From an uncultured delta proteobacterium (GTDB lineage: Bacteria; Myxococcota_A; Polyangia; Fen-1088), in the NCBI GenBank assembly GCA_963755125.1, contig CAVWIP010000008.1, positions 384,001-448,000 on the forward strand: a stretch of DNA of 64,000 nucleotides, in the 5' to 3' direction. Position 1 is the first letter of the stretch. Every line of letters begins with the position of its first letter. Shown piece by piece: positions 1 through 10,314 of the stretch. Below the pieces are notes generated by a model that searched no databases, was not told the DNA's origin, and worked only from the letters and a program-made list of their open reading frames with translations. A program made the translations under genes and the position numbers.

Positions 1-1196
1 TGGCGCTGGTACAGGCGGAGCCTCCGATCCCGATGGCACACGCGGCCCTCGACTGCGACCGAATGTTGCTCAATGTTCAGAACGGCACGCTCGACCTGCG
101 CACCGGTAAGCTGAAACCTCACGACCGCCGAGATTTGATCACGCGCATTCTGCCGGTTGCCTACAACCCCGACGCCACATGCCCCCTCTGGTTGAAGTTC
201 CTCGGCGAGGTGCTGCCCGACGAGGAAACTATAGCCTTCATCCAGCGCGCAATTGGTTACAGCATCACAGGTGACGTGTCGGAGCATTGTCTGTTCTTCC
301 TGCACGGATTGGGGGCGAACGGAAAGAGCGTGTTCCTTCTTGTTTTTCTGGCTTTGCTCGGTGAGTACGCGACACAGGCCCCGACGGCAATGCTGCTCGC
401 AAGAAGCGGAGAGACGCACCCGACGGAGCTAACGACATTGCATGGACGCCGGATGGCTGTCTGCCAGGAAACACCGTCCGGGAAAGGCTGGGCGGAAGAG
501 ATAATCAAGCACATCACCGGTGGAGATCGGATTTCGGCCCGGCGGATGCGCGAGGACTTCTGGCAGTTTGAGCCGACGCACAAACTGTGGGTCAGCGGCA
601 ACCACAAACCTGTCGTCAGGGGCACAGACGAAGGAATCTGGCGTCGTTTGAGGCTGGTCCCCTTTGAACGCGTGATTCCCGAAGCGGAGCGAGATCCTAA
701 GCTCACCGATAGACTATGTGCGGAGCTGCCCGGCATCCTGACATGGGCCGTCCAGGGCTGTCTCACGTGGCAGCGTGATGGCTTGGGCATGAGCGCCAAG
801 GTGAAGGCGGCCACCGCAGACTACCGCGAAGAGTCCGACCGCCTGGGACCGTTCCTCGCCGAGTGCTGCCAAACCGCACCTGATGCCGTCGTCTCGCGCA
901 AGGAAATCTACCGAAAGTATGTTGACTGGGCCGAGGAGCAAGGTGAGCGGTGGCCAATGTCCGAGCGCAGCTTTGCCGACGCCATGCATGGACATGGTTT
1001 CTCTGACTGTTACACCCAGCTCAATGGCAAGAGATGCCGTGGATGGGGCGGAATCGCATTGGCCAGCAACACATGCAACAGCTCCGCACCGAGTTATCGG
1101 TATAACTCGGTTGATATGGTCGCGTGTGAAACAAACCAAGAAATAGGCGCCAATGTGTTGCCGCCTGTTGCTGCAAAGACGGAGGAATTGTTATGA
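1..1196 (+). CDS. Phage/plasmid P4-family primase, D5-type SF3 helicase C-terminal part (5' truncated by window)
   Basis: LLNVQNGTLDLRTG D5_N motif, Walker A GLGANGKS, ITGGDRISAR, NHKP and DEGIWRRL motifs; frame is open to the window edge. Confidence 0.93.
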   Translation, partial: ALVQAEPPIPMAHAALDCDRMLLNVQNGTLDLRTGKLKPHDRRDLITRILPVAYNPDATCPLWLKFLGEVLPDEETIAFIQRAIGYSITGDVSEHCLFFLHGLGANGKSVFLLVFLALLGEYATQAPTAMLLARSGETHPTELTTLHGRRMAVCQETPSGKGWAEEIIKHITGGDRISARRMREDFWQFEPTHKLWVSGNHKPVVRGTDEGIWRRLRLVPFERVIPEAERDPKLTDRLCAELPGILTWAVQGCLTWQRDGLGMSAKVKAATADYREESDRLGPFLAECCQTAPDAVVSRKEIYRKYVDWAEEQGERWPMSERSFADAMHGHGFSDCYTQLNGKRCRGWGGIALASNTCNSSAPSYRYNSVDMVACETNQEIGANVLPPVAAKTEELL

Positions 1197-1347
1197 ATGC
1201 GTTAGGCGGCAACACATGCAACAGATTTGCACCGAGTTATCCTATAACTTGGTTGATAGCGTCGCGTATGAAACAAACCCAGAAATAGGTGACAATCTGT
1301 TGCCACCTGTTGCCGAAAAGAAGGAGGGATTGTTATGAATGCGTTAG
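1066..1347 (+). repeat. Imperfect tandem direct repeat, 2 x ~143 bp, each with an internal palindrome
   Basis: GCAACACATGCAACA at 1066 and 1209; ACCGAGTTAT..ATAACT(C/T)GGT at 1088-1111 and 1231-1253; both copies end TTGTTATGAATGCGTTAG. Confidence 0.93.
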
Positions 1348-3257
1348 AAATTCTCACTGAGTGTCAGTCCAATGGCGTAGAACTCCAACTGGAGGGTGAG
1401 CGGCTCCGAGTGGTGGGAACCCAGGCGGCACGCGACAAGCTCCGGCCGCAAATCCTGGCGCACAAGCCCGAGCTTCTCGTTCTGATGGGTGACGATGCTT
1501 CCAAGTCACGTCGGAAGCGGCAGGCCGACCGCGCCCTGAAGGTGAGCTACACGCTGGTGACCTCGGCGGGGCAGCTGCCGGCCGTTGTCGATGCCCTTGG
1601 TCGGAATACACCCGTGGCGCTCGACATCGAGACGACTGGGCGTGACCCGCTCATACACAAACCGCGACTGCTGCAGTTGGGGTTCCCCGACGGAGCAGTC
1701 TACATCATCGATCTGTGGGCCGTACCTGACATCGCTGCCATCGGGAACGCGCTGGCGCACATGACGGTGATTGGCCACAACCTGCAGTTCGACCTCGCCT
1801 TCCTGAAGCATCACTACGGCGTCACCGTTGGCCACGCCCACTGCACCATGACGGCAGCACGGTTGATCGATGCGGGCTTGCATTTTCACGACAAGGGTTA
1901 CTTCACGCTGGCCGCGGTGGCAGACCGTTACCTCGGCGTGACGCTCGACAAGACGCTGCAAACGTCTGACTGGTCCGCTGTCCTCACGGCCGACCAGCTT
2001 CTCTATGCAGCAAGGGACGTGCTTTACCTGTTCGACCTGGATGACACCCTCGGGCAGCAACTGCGCGACCTGGAACTCACTGACGTCTACGAGCTGGAGT
2101 CAGCCTTCATCCCGGTCGCCGTCGACATGTACCTCACCGGTCTGCCGGTTGACCCGCAGCGGTGGCAGGACTATCTGACCTCCCAGCAGGCGGCCCTCGG
2201 GAAATGCGAACGCCAGCTGGCCGATGAGCTCCCTGGTGTAAATCCGATGTCCCCGAAGCAGTTGCTGCCGGCGCTCCGGGAGCTGGGCTGTGACGTCAAA
2301 TCTACCAGTGCCGACGTACTCGCACCGTACCGCCCCATCTTGGCGGTAGACCACCTGCTGAACTACCGCTCCCTCCGCGTGTTCGCTCGCACGCTTGGAC
2401 CCACGGTGGCCAAAGCCATAGCGCTTCACGGTGACAGCCGTGTCCACACCCCGCTCTTCCCCCTTGGTGCCCCGACTGGGCGAATGAGCTGCAGCAAACC
2501 AAACCTGCTGGCAATGCCAAAGGACTCAGCCGTCCGCCACTGCATCGCCGCCCCACCCGGAACCAGGTTAATCTCTGCCGACTACTCCGCAATCGAGCTG
2601 CGAGTCGTAGCAGACGTCACACAAGACCCTTTGCTCCTCCAAGTCTTTCGATCTGGAGGTGACCCACACCGGACGACCGCCGCACGCCTAGTGCACAGGT
2701 CAGACGCACAGATCACGAAGGAAGAGCGCCAGCAGGCCAAAGCCGTCAACTTCGGTTTCATCTTCGGCATGGGCGCCGAGACCTTCGTCGAATATGCTTA
2801 TGCGTGCTACCAACTCAAATTATCGATTGCCGAGGCCGAGCGCTTTCGCAATGGCTACCTGAATGCATACGTCGGCGTTGCCGCGTGGCAGCGGCGCACG
2901 GGGCGACTGAAAGCCTCAAGCATCCGCACGGCCAGTGGGCGCCTCCGCCGGTTTGAGAACCCGGACGAGGGCTATTGCCAGCGTTTGAACACGCCCATCC
3001 AGGGGACCGCCGCCGACGGCATGAAGAAGGCACTGATCTTGCTCCACCAGGAGCTTCCCCGGTTTGGCGCAAAGCTTCTCCTGGCGGTTCATGACGAAGT
3101 CCTGATCGAGGCGCCGGCCGAGGCGGCCGAAGAGGTGAAGGCCGTTGTGGTCTCATGCATGAAGAAAGGCATGGAAGCGTTCGTCAAGTCGGTGCCCATC
3201 GAGGTCGAGGCCAGCGTGCGAACCACCTGGTCCGCAACCGACGCGGAAACCAAATAG
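1335..3257 (+). CDS. Family A DNA polymerase (3'-5' exonuclease + polymerase, no 5'-3' exonuclease) with N-terminal TubC_N-like helical domain
   Basis: Exo motifs LDIETTG, GHNLQFD, YAARD; polymerase motifs A DYSAIELR, B RQQAKAVNFG, C VHDEV; AAGGAGG RBS. Confidence 0.95.
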   Translation: MNALEILTECQSNGVELQLEGERLRVVGTQAARDKLRPQILAHKPELLVLMGDDASKSRRKRQADRALKVSYTLVTSAGQLPAVVDALGRNTPVALDIETTGRDPLIHKPRLLQLGFPDGAVYIIDLWAVPDIAAIGNALAHMTVIGHNLQFDLAFLKHHYGVTVGHAHCTMTAARLIDAGLHFHDKGYFTLAAVADRYLGVTLDKTLQTSDWSAVLTADQLLYAARDVLYLFDLDDTLGQQLRDLELTDVYELESAFIPVAVDMYLTGLPVDPQRWQDYLTSQQAALGKCERQLADELPGVNPMSPKQLLPALRELGCDVKSTSADVLAPYRPILAVDHLLNYRSLRVFARTLGPTVAKAIALHGDSRVHTPLFPLGAPTGRMSCSKPNLLAMPKDSAVRHCIAAPPGTRLISADYSAIELRVVADVTQDPLLLQVFRSGGDPHRTTAARLVHRSDAQITKEERQQAKAVNFGFIFGMGAETFVEYAYACYQLKLSIAEAERFRNGYLNAYVGVAAWQRRTGRLKASSIRTASGRLRRFENPDEGYCQRLNTPIQGTAADGMKKALILLHQELPRFGAKLLLAVHDEVLIEAPAEAAEEVKAVVVSCMKKGMEAFVKSVPIEVEASVRTTWSATDAETK

Positions 3258-3532
3258 CGGCTCTATTCACCACCAGTAGAAAGCAATCCATTCGGGCAAA
3301 TAATGCCACCGAAACCCCATGATACTTATCTTCACCACCAGAAACCCGGGGCCCACCCGCGCGGCAAGTTTGCCAATATCAGGTGGGTTCCGGGCGCACG
3401 GTGTCTTGGTGGAAATAGTACCCATTCTGGCCGGCGGAGACAAACACCCCGCCAAACCATTGTTTTGCATGGCCTCACCCGCAAATTCTCCACAGACCAA
3501 TAAATGCAAAGGCATTATCGTCCAATAGGCCA

Positions 3533-4003
3533 TTGACTGAAGCGGGGCTGCATATGCTACAATTACAAATGCCAATGCCTAAAACTCGCGCTATTGATCA
3601 AGTGCCAAACAACCAACACGAGCAGGTTGCCCAGATCGATCTACTCAGGCGCGAACCGGTACTGCGCCCAGTGAGCCCATTAGATCGACTCCAACAAGCT
3701 GCCTGCGGCCTGAGTGAAGTCCAACCACAGGATGTCACGGCTATCCTCACCGACGTCGTCATCACCGAGGTAGCAGCCGTCAAGAAGATGGCCGCACAAG
3801 TGGACGACATGAATCAGATGCTGTTCTCCCAAGGATCAAATGCAGCAGCATCCCCCAGCGCCATTCTCATGATCCTCGAACGCATGTCGGCTCTCTATTG
3901 CCAGCGCCAATCTGAATTCCTGAAGTCAACAGAGCTTCTGCATCGTTTGGCCAGCCCTCCGATCAGACCGACGGTGAACGTACTGTCCGTGACGCGCGCA
4001 TAG
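3533..4003 (+). CDS. Hypothetical helical protein (start uncertain)
   Basis: 156-aa ORF co-oriented with polA and the next gene. Confidence 0.55.
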   Translation: MTEAGLHMLQLQMPMPKTRAIDQVPNNQHEQVAQIDLLRREPVLRPVSPLDRLQQAACGLSEVQPQDVTAILTDVVITEVAAVKKMAAQVDDMNQMLFSQGSNAAASPSAILMILERMSALYCQRQSEFLKSTELLHRLASPPIRPTVNVLSVTRA

Positions 4004-4020
4004 TCTCTTTAGGTGAGCAC

Positions 4021-4377
4021 ATGACTAGCAAGATTGTTGAGAATGTCCCCAGCTTCGGTGTGGCTGCCGTTCGGGATTCTTTTGGCCGGCGGAAAGGGGG
4101 TACGGCTCAGATCACAGCCATGATCGATGACAAGACCTTCACCACCAAGGTGGATGTCGTCACGGATACGTGTGGCCGGAGATGGCTGCGTTGTTCATGT
4201 GGTGCGAAAAGACGGTATCTTTATGTCCAGAACGGCAAGGTCGGCTGTCGAGGTTGCCTCGGCCTGTTGTACTGGGAGCAGACGGCAATTCCCCGAGATA
4301 GATGGCGGGAGCAGGTAGCCAGACCAGCCTTGAAAGCTTGGCGTAGAGCACGGAAGCAGCCAGGCGCAAGAAGCTAG
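4021..4377 (+). CDS. Zn-finger-like hypothetical protein of mobile elements
   Basis: RRWLRCSCG..RRYLY..CRGCLGLLY pattern; AGGTG RBS. Confidence 0.7.
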   Translation: MTSKIVENVPSFGVAAVRDSFGRRKGGTAQITAMIDDKTFTTKVDVVTDTCGRRWLRCSCGAKRRYLYVQNGKVGCRGCLGLLYWEQTAIPRDRWREQVARPALKAWRRARKQPGARS

Positions 4378-4747
4378 CAAAAGCCGAGGAGCCAGTTAGC
4401 TATGGATTTACGAATTGTGAAGCAACGTGACCCTGTACGGCGCGCACACGTGGGCTACATATGTCGATACGGCTACCGGGCTGCAGCATACAAGAAGGCG
4501 CCGATCTTGGGATATGGCGTCTTGTTGTAGTCAGGAGCGAGTTGCCCCAAGAGGTCAGTCTGGTCAAACGAGAAATTCTAGAGCAGAAAGGAGGTGAATC
4601 TCGAAACAATCGGCGGATTGCGGAATGGTTGTCATGCCAGGTCTAGTACAAGGAACTTCACTTGGCGTCCGCGATTACGCTAGCTCATTGGCACGTTGGT
4701 TATGTGAATTGTCCCAAGGTTACAAACTTTGAAGAATCGACGGAGGA

Positions 4748-5203
4748 TTGAATATGGAAACTATAAATCAAACGGTTTCAGGAACTGGAACGGGGGGCAC
4801 GCTTCCGCCTTTGGAGGTCGTGCAAGTTGAGTGTCCGAGGTGTCACCGAGAGAGTTTGGTTCTGGGCGAGGAAGGTCCACGATGTAAGAAGTGTCGGTAC
4901 AGGAAACCAGGTTGTGAGGCTGCGAGGGACTACCTGGAAGAGGTTCAAGGGATTGATGTTGACGAAATGGAGGTGAATGGCGACGACTTCACGCTGTCAG
5001 AGTGTTATGAATGCGGAGAGGTGGCTGTCGTGGAAACGGGCCCCGGTGACAACGCTCCGAATCCCCATGCGTTTGTTTGTTTCGCTTGTGGTGAGACGTG
5101 GCCCGAGGGTACCCCCAGATGCTCTGAGTGCAGGAGGGTCTGCAGGCTGGATGATACAATCATATGCAACGGATGCAGGGAGAGAGTGATGTCAAGGTTC
5201 TGA
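4748..5203 (+). CDS. Cys-rich multi-Zn-ribbon protein
   Basis: Six CxxC pairs; GGAGG RBS. Confidence 0.65.
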   Translation: MNMETINQTVSGTGTGGTLPPLEVVQVECPRCHRESLVLGEEGPRCKKCRYRKPGCEAARDYLEEVQGIDVDEMEVNGDDFTLSECYECGEVAVVETGPGDNAPNPHAFVCFACGETWPEGTPRCSECRRVCRLDDTIICNGCRERVMSRF

Positions 5204-5296
5204 TGCTTGTGCATGGCCGAAGTGGGGACAGGCGATCCCGCATTCAGTTGGTCTCAAGCAGCTCGACGGGAATCGCGGGACGACGGTGGTGGGGAA

Positions 5297-5341
5297 GCTT
5301 CCTCCTCAGATAGTTTGTGGCTGAGCTTCTGAGGAGGAAGC
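5297..5341. other. 14-bp perfect inverted repeat (hairpin)
   Basis: GCTTCCTCCTCAGA (5297-5310) pairs with TCTGAGGAGGAAGC (5328-5341). Confidence 0.8.
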
Positions 5342-5507
5342 CCGGGTTGGTCTCAGTGGCACTGACGGTGGTGTCTATCAGCATGGGGCGGGCATCGAGA
5401 TGAAAGCTGTGGCAGTCATGAAGTGTTGGGAGAGCGAAGTCAGCGCATTCCCAGGACCAGGGGAGGAAATATCATCCAACGGAAGATGACAAGTACAGGA
5501 GGATCTA

Positions 5508-5729
5508 ATGGAAGTTCGAGGCAAGCTTGACGAGATTCTGCGACTCGCCCGGCATCTGAAGGTGGATGGCTTTTTGGCAGACGCCGATGTTAAGGCATGG
5601 ACAAGGCATCCGGCATTCGCGGTCAGTGCCAGTTGGTTCCTGGAAATTGATTTGCAGCGAGCAGCCGGAGCAAACAGGATGGTCGGAGACCCTAATCCTG
5701 AATGGCGCGGTGAAGAGCCGTCGGAGTAA
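5508..5729 (+). CDS. Small hypothetical protein
   Basis: 73-aa ORF with AGGAGG RBS. Confidence 0.5.
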   Translation: MEVRGKLDEILRLARHLKVDGFLADADVKAWTRHPAFAVSASWFLEIDLQRAAGANRMVGDPNPEWRGEEPSE

Positions 5730-5861
5730 GCGGACCAGCTGACTTGGGGCGGGGTTAAGATGGTGTGGCCGCGTCCCAGGCAGCCGAGGACCACAGCGAC
5801 CAGCAGCACCGCGCGGGGGCGGTACATCACGCCGGCCCACAAGCGTTTGGACATAGGTGCC

Positions 5862-5972
5862 CGCTGCAGAAAGTGCTTTCATTTGCTCTAATGGGAACAG
5901 ACTGCGATTGGCCGGAATAAGTGGCGGGAAGAGATAGCCAAACCAACGCTCAGAGCTTGGCGTAGAGCCCGT
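5862..5972 (+). pseudogene. Decayed paralog of the 3' end of the 4021-4377 gene
   Basis: Reads RCRKCFHLL*WEQTAIGRNKWREEIAKPTLRAWRRAR versus GCRGCLGLLYWEQTAIPRDRWREQVARPALKAWRRAR; TAA at 5889. Confidence 0.85.
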
Positions 5973-6423
5973 TTGTCAGCTCACCAAGGTCCGGTAGCCA
6001 AAACAGACAAACGTCGCTCTAATCGCAAGCCAGTAAGCTACAGCGATACTGTTTGGGTGGGTGTACGAACCGGGGGAGGTACGAGCATCAGGAGCTGTAG
6101 AATTCCGTGACGCTGGTCGACGTGCAGGATGAGGACAACCGTGGTAGGTGGCGCAACGGAGGTTCTGCCACTGAGGGGTAATTGGCTGAGGGAATCCAGG
6201 TTCACTGGGCGCAGCGGTCTTCGTTGCCACAGGTGTCGACCAGAACGTCAAGCGCGCAGAATCCGCGCATCGGGGCTTGATCGGAGAGCTACGCCTCGGT
6301 TGGAAGGTAACGTCTCTGCCGCTTCGGCATCAGACACAAGGACGGCGGGAGCTGCTCTCTTCTGTGGATCAAGGTCGTCCAGGATGAGAGGGGACTTCGT
6401 AGGTTCCACGGAGGGAGAAACCC

Positions 6424-8553
6424 ATGATCAAGGACGCAGCACTGAGCCCTGGATCGATCTTGGTGGTCCTGTGTACCGTTGCCTTGGCTAGCCTCTTTGC
6501 TTGTACCAACAGCAAGTCTGGCGCGTCGGCCGATGCTGCGGGGCTGGGCGGAGCAGTGGACGCGGGTGGAAATTCGGCCGCGGGCGGAATGACCTCGACC
6601 GGAGGAGCCGCCGCCATTGCCGGTAGGATGGCTACTGGTGGCAGCAGCGGAACCAGTGGAGTCACCGCCGCCGGAGGATCCTCCATCGGTGGTGGCAACA
6701 CGGGTGGCGGCGAGAGCAGTGGAATGGGTGGGCTCTCCGCTAGTGGTGGGGCGAATTCGACCGGCGGCAACACGGTTAGTGGCGGCAGCAGTGGGCGCGA
6801 CGGTGGCACTGGCTCGCCAGATGGCCCATCAACTGGCGACGGGCCTGCGAGCATCGACGGCCCTGCGAGCAGCGGGGATGCTGGCCCGGCGTTCCAGCTT
6901 CAGACTCCCAATCCGCTGTCGGTATCACCGGTCCTCGATCCGACGCATGCCACGGTCGCAGTCATCACTGCCACCGCAGGGGGATCGATCACAGCCACCG
7001 CGGCCGACGGCACCATCTATATTTTGGCCATCCCGGCCGATGCCCTGCTCTTCGATACGGAGATCACGCTCACGCCCGTGACCAGCATCGGCGGCCTTCC
7101 GTTCAGTGGCGGGCTTCAGGCTGCGGTACAGATTGCACCGGATGGTCTATATCTCTACCAAGTCGCGACTCTCAGCATCGCGCCTGCGACTGCGGTCCTG
7201 TCCAGCAAACAGATCGGATTTGGCTACTACGGCAGCGGCACGGAGTTCCATCTGGAGGCGCTGACCACAACCGGGCTCGTCTTCGGGATCCAGCACTTCT
7301 CTGGATACGGTGCTGGCCTCGGGACCGCCGCCGACGTGAGCCAGCAGGAACTGCGTCCGCCCACCGCGCCGCTGGATCAGCTCGTGCAAGTCATTGCACA
7401 GCCGCTTTTCCTCGAGCGCCCGGCCACGATCGAACCAGATCCGCCACCTCTCCCCTCAGGCGTGGGCATCACGGAGGTCGCTGATGCGTACTACGAAGAC
7501 GACCTGTTGCCAGACGCTGAAGACGCGCTGGCATCCGGCGATCCCGCCAGCATTATCGCTTTGCTTCCAGATGTCACCCATTTCGCCCAAGAATGCCAAC
7601 AGATCGAGGACAACCCGACGATGATGGCTGCCCTTGACCTCGCAGACACAATGATCGACCAGTACGCCAACCTTGCAGATACGGATGTCGTAGCGGAATG
7701 CAACGCACTCTCGCCCTCGGAACTAAGTGGGTACCAAGCCAACAGCGTGAGGCTGTCGCGCCTCTATCAGAGCACTGGCATGCCACAGACCCAGACAACC
7801 GCGGATGTGAACAGGTTTATTACGGACCTTGCCACGTGCGAGATCTGCCCAAGCGGGTGCACAACCGGAACGCAGACCACTTGCTGTCAAAAGGGCTGCG
7901 TCGATCTCACGTCGGACCCCAATAACTGCGGTTTGTGCTCCAATGCATGTTCGAGTCAGCAACCGGCGTGCTGCTACGGAATTTGTCGCAACACCAGTTC
8001 GGATCCCAATAACTGTGGGGGGTGCGGCCATACTTGCAACGCTGGCGAGACGTGCACAGCCGGAGTCTGCGGCACCGCGGGCGGATATGTTTGCATCGGA
8101 GGCATTGGCCTGATGGGCACGCCGCTGGTCGGGGCATCGCCGATCGGGACTCTCACAGTGACGATCAACGGCACAAAGACCACCTTGCCCATCTGTCCCG
8201 GGTTCGGTCGATGCGGGGTCGGCACATATGATTTGACTATCACGGCGGTGGTAGGCACGGGGGAGTCGGTCGCGGTCGACGTGTACGAACCCACGACGGG
8301 GTCCTTTCCTGCCAACAACACGACTGGTTTATCCAACTCGCTTTCGGTTACGCTCGCGAGCACTGGATCCACCATTGACTGCACAGACGTCCCGGGGGCC
8401 GGCGGAACCATCAACGTGAGCGCGTTCACCACCTCGACGGGTGGCACGGTCGCGGGCACCTTTTCGGGAACCGTCTCGGACTGCTCGAGTCAAGGTGGGG
8501 GGGCCACGGTGACCCTTGACGATGGCAGCTTCTCTTGCCAGGTGAACGAGTAG
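6424..8553 (+). CDS. Lipoprotein with G/S/T linker and Cys-rich (Stigma1-like) repeats
   Basis: LFAC lipobox, long GGS/T linker, two DPNNCG.C repeats. Confidence 0.85.
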   Translation: MIKDAALSPGSILVVLCTVALASLFACTNSKSGASADAAGLGGAVDAGGNSAAGGMTSTGGAAAIAGRMATGGSSGTSGVTAAGGSSIGGGNTGGGESSGMGGLSASGGANSTGGNTVSGGSSGRDGGTGSPDGPSTGDGPASIDGPASSGDAGPAFQLQTPNPLSVSPVLDPTHATVAVITATAGGSITATAADGTIYILAIPADALLFDTEITLTPVTSIGGLPFSGGLQAAVQIAPDGLYLYQVATLSIAPATAVLSSKQIGFGYYGSGTEFHLEALTTTGLVFGIQHFSGYGAGLGTAADVSQQELRPPTAPLDQLVQVIAQPLFLERPATIEPDPPPLPSGVGITEVADAYYEDDLLPDAEDALASGDPASIIALLPDVTHFAQECQQIEDNPTMMAALDLADTMIDQYANLADTDVVAECNALSPSELSGYQANSVRLSRLYQSTGMPQTQTTADVNRFITDLATCEICPSGCTTGTQTTCCQKGCVDLTSDPNNCGLCSNACSSQQPACCYGICRNTSSDPNNCGGCGHTCNAGETCTAGVCGTAGGYVCIGGIGLMGTPLVGASPIGTLTVTINGTKTTLPICPGFGRCGVGTYDLTITAVVGTGESVAVDVYEPTTGSFPANNTTGLSNSLSVTLASTGSTIDCTDVPGAGGTINVSAFTTSTGGTVAGTFSGTVSDCSSQGGGATVTLDDGSFSCQVNE

Positions 8554-8733
8554 CTCGCTACCGAGGACTCCAGGCGCTGACGCCGTAGCAACCGGATTCT
8601 CGTCTTGATGAGCGACGACTGCGTGGGGAGCATGCAAGAGGAGGACAGAGGACCTTCCTCGACTACCACCGCAACTTTGTTCTGCTGAAGGCGGCCCGGC
8701 AGCCAGTCGTCGTCGGGCTGCTCAGTATCCGAG

Positions 8734-8825
8734 TTAGCTTTGGAAAATGGGTCCCCTATGATCTGCGTGCCCACCATCATCCGTGCACCAGGGGCCAGAA
8801 ATGTCAACGGCGGCGGGAAAAATGC
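8734..8825 (+). repeat. Copy 1 (partial) of conserved non-coding element
   Basis: TTAGCTTTGG-N5-GGGTCCCCT..CCCAC..GAAAAAT shared with 19941 and 24939. Confidence 0.65.
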
Positions 8826-9164
8826 GAGCTACTTGATCCAGAACGCCGGTGACGCAGGATTTCCGGCCAACTTGAACATAATTCGGTGCGCCCCAGATCA
8901 TGGTGTCGGTGGTCCCGGCCACGTGAACAGGGGCACCTGGGACGACTGGGGGAGCTGTCTTCGATGCGGCCGGAAATGGCAAGAGGTGCTGATCATCCCA
9001 TCCACCAGCAACACGACCAGCGTGCCGGTGGCGGCGGAGAAGGTGATGTGGATGGACTCCGCCGGATTTGAGCGCGGCCACACACATCACTTGCCAGTGC
9101 TTGCGAAAAACGGCGTACGGCGGGATGCTGTGGCGGAAAACAGGGTTGGGCAGATGAAGGGGGC

Positions 9165-9632
9165 TTGGCAAAGATGATTGGCTGGCGGAAATACATCGTG
9201 ATCGCCATCGGCGCGGTGGCCAGTTGCATCTTGTGCTTACCGTGCAGAGCCGCGGATCGATGCCACACGGCCGAGGCTGGAATCGCGAGTTTCAAGTCGT
9301 GGCCCGCAATCGCGGATTGGTACAGCCGCTTCTCCAGGTGTGATGACGGCTGTGTGGCGGAAAATCTTGACCGCCGCATTGTATCCATGCTCGCAAACGA
9401 CTGGCAGTCGGTTTCCGAACTTCATGACTTGAGCGAGAAGCAGGCCAGATTCAAGCGCTTCGTCCTGAAGCACCTCGGAGGCGACGCCGAAACCAAACAG
9501 TTGCGAAAGGTGCGAGCGAACGCACGGTCGTCGTGTCCGACGGGGCTCAAGACGTTCTGCCGCGAGATCGTCACGGCTGCCTCGCACGGACTTGCGGAGC
9601 AAGCGCAGGCAGAGAAGTCCGCGAAGGACTGA
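9165..9632 (+). CDS. Secreted hypothetical protein (CDDG..AE motif)
   Basis: Hydrophobic signal peptide, paired Cys, CDDGCVAE..LANDW. Confidence 0.7.
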   Translation: MAKMIGWRKYIVIAIGAVASCILCLPCRAADRCHTAEAGIASFKSWPAIADWYSRFSRCDDGCVAENLDRRIVSMLANDWQSVSELHDLSEKQARFKRFVLKHLGGDAETKQLRKVRANARSSCPTGLKTFCREIVTAASHGLAEQAQAEKSAKD

Positions 9633-9777
9633 TCCGCGATGGCACTGCCGTCCAACACGCCGACAAACGTGACGATCCTGCCAAGAGGACATCGTAGTAC
9701 AATCGACCCGCCGATTCGTGCGGCCGTTTCCAGGTTATCAGTAGGTTGGCTGCCAGCCACACGTCGCGACCCAAACC

Positions 9778-10314
9778 ATGTGTGCGAACGACACCTTCAA
9801 AGTGTTGAACCAGAGTGCCTGGGATTGCATACACGCCAAGGAGTTCCAGCAAGCCGAGGTGTATGTCCGTCGGCTGATCGAAGCGGAAGAGAGCGAGCCC
9901 GGTGAGCCTGACAGGTTGTGGTATCTGCTCGGGTTCCTTGCGAACATCCTCGGCAGTCTCCTCCGCTTTGACGAGGCCACCGAGATGCGTCGCCGACAAC
10001 TCGCGGAGGCGCGAGAACGCGCGCTGTCAGAGTCAGCAGTACGTGTGTCACGATACATGCTCGCGAACCAGCTACTTCTCCACGGCGAGCCGGAAGAGGC
10101 ATTGGCCGAAGCGGAGCCAGTTCCAGCAGGAAACGGACACTTGCAATGTCTTCTGCACTCGGTGGCCGCTCAAGCATACTGGAAGCTCTCCCACCGTGAA
10201 AAGGCCGCCGAGGCTGCTCGGAAGGCGCTTGAGACATCTCCGACACAAGATCGCCGGACGGAACTTGTCCAGCAGCTTGTGCACATCTTGGACGCTGGCA
10301 AACTCACGCCCTGA
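9778..10314 (+). CDS. TPR-like helical protein
   Basis: Ala/Leu-rich helical repeats (AQAYWKL..EKAAEAARKAL). Confidence 0.65.
   Translation: MCANDTFKVLNQSAWDCIHAKEFQQAEVYVRRLIEAEESEPGEPDRLWYLLGFLANILGSLLRFDEATEMRRRQLAEARERALSESAVRVSRYMLANQLLLHGEPEEALAEAEPVPAGNGHLQCLLHSVAAQAYWKLSHREKAAEAARKALETSPTQDRRTELVQQLVHILDAGKLTP

Noticed and set aside
3265..3345. TTCACCACCAG twice as iterons
   Set aside because: Only two short copies; not enough support.
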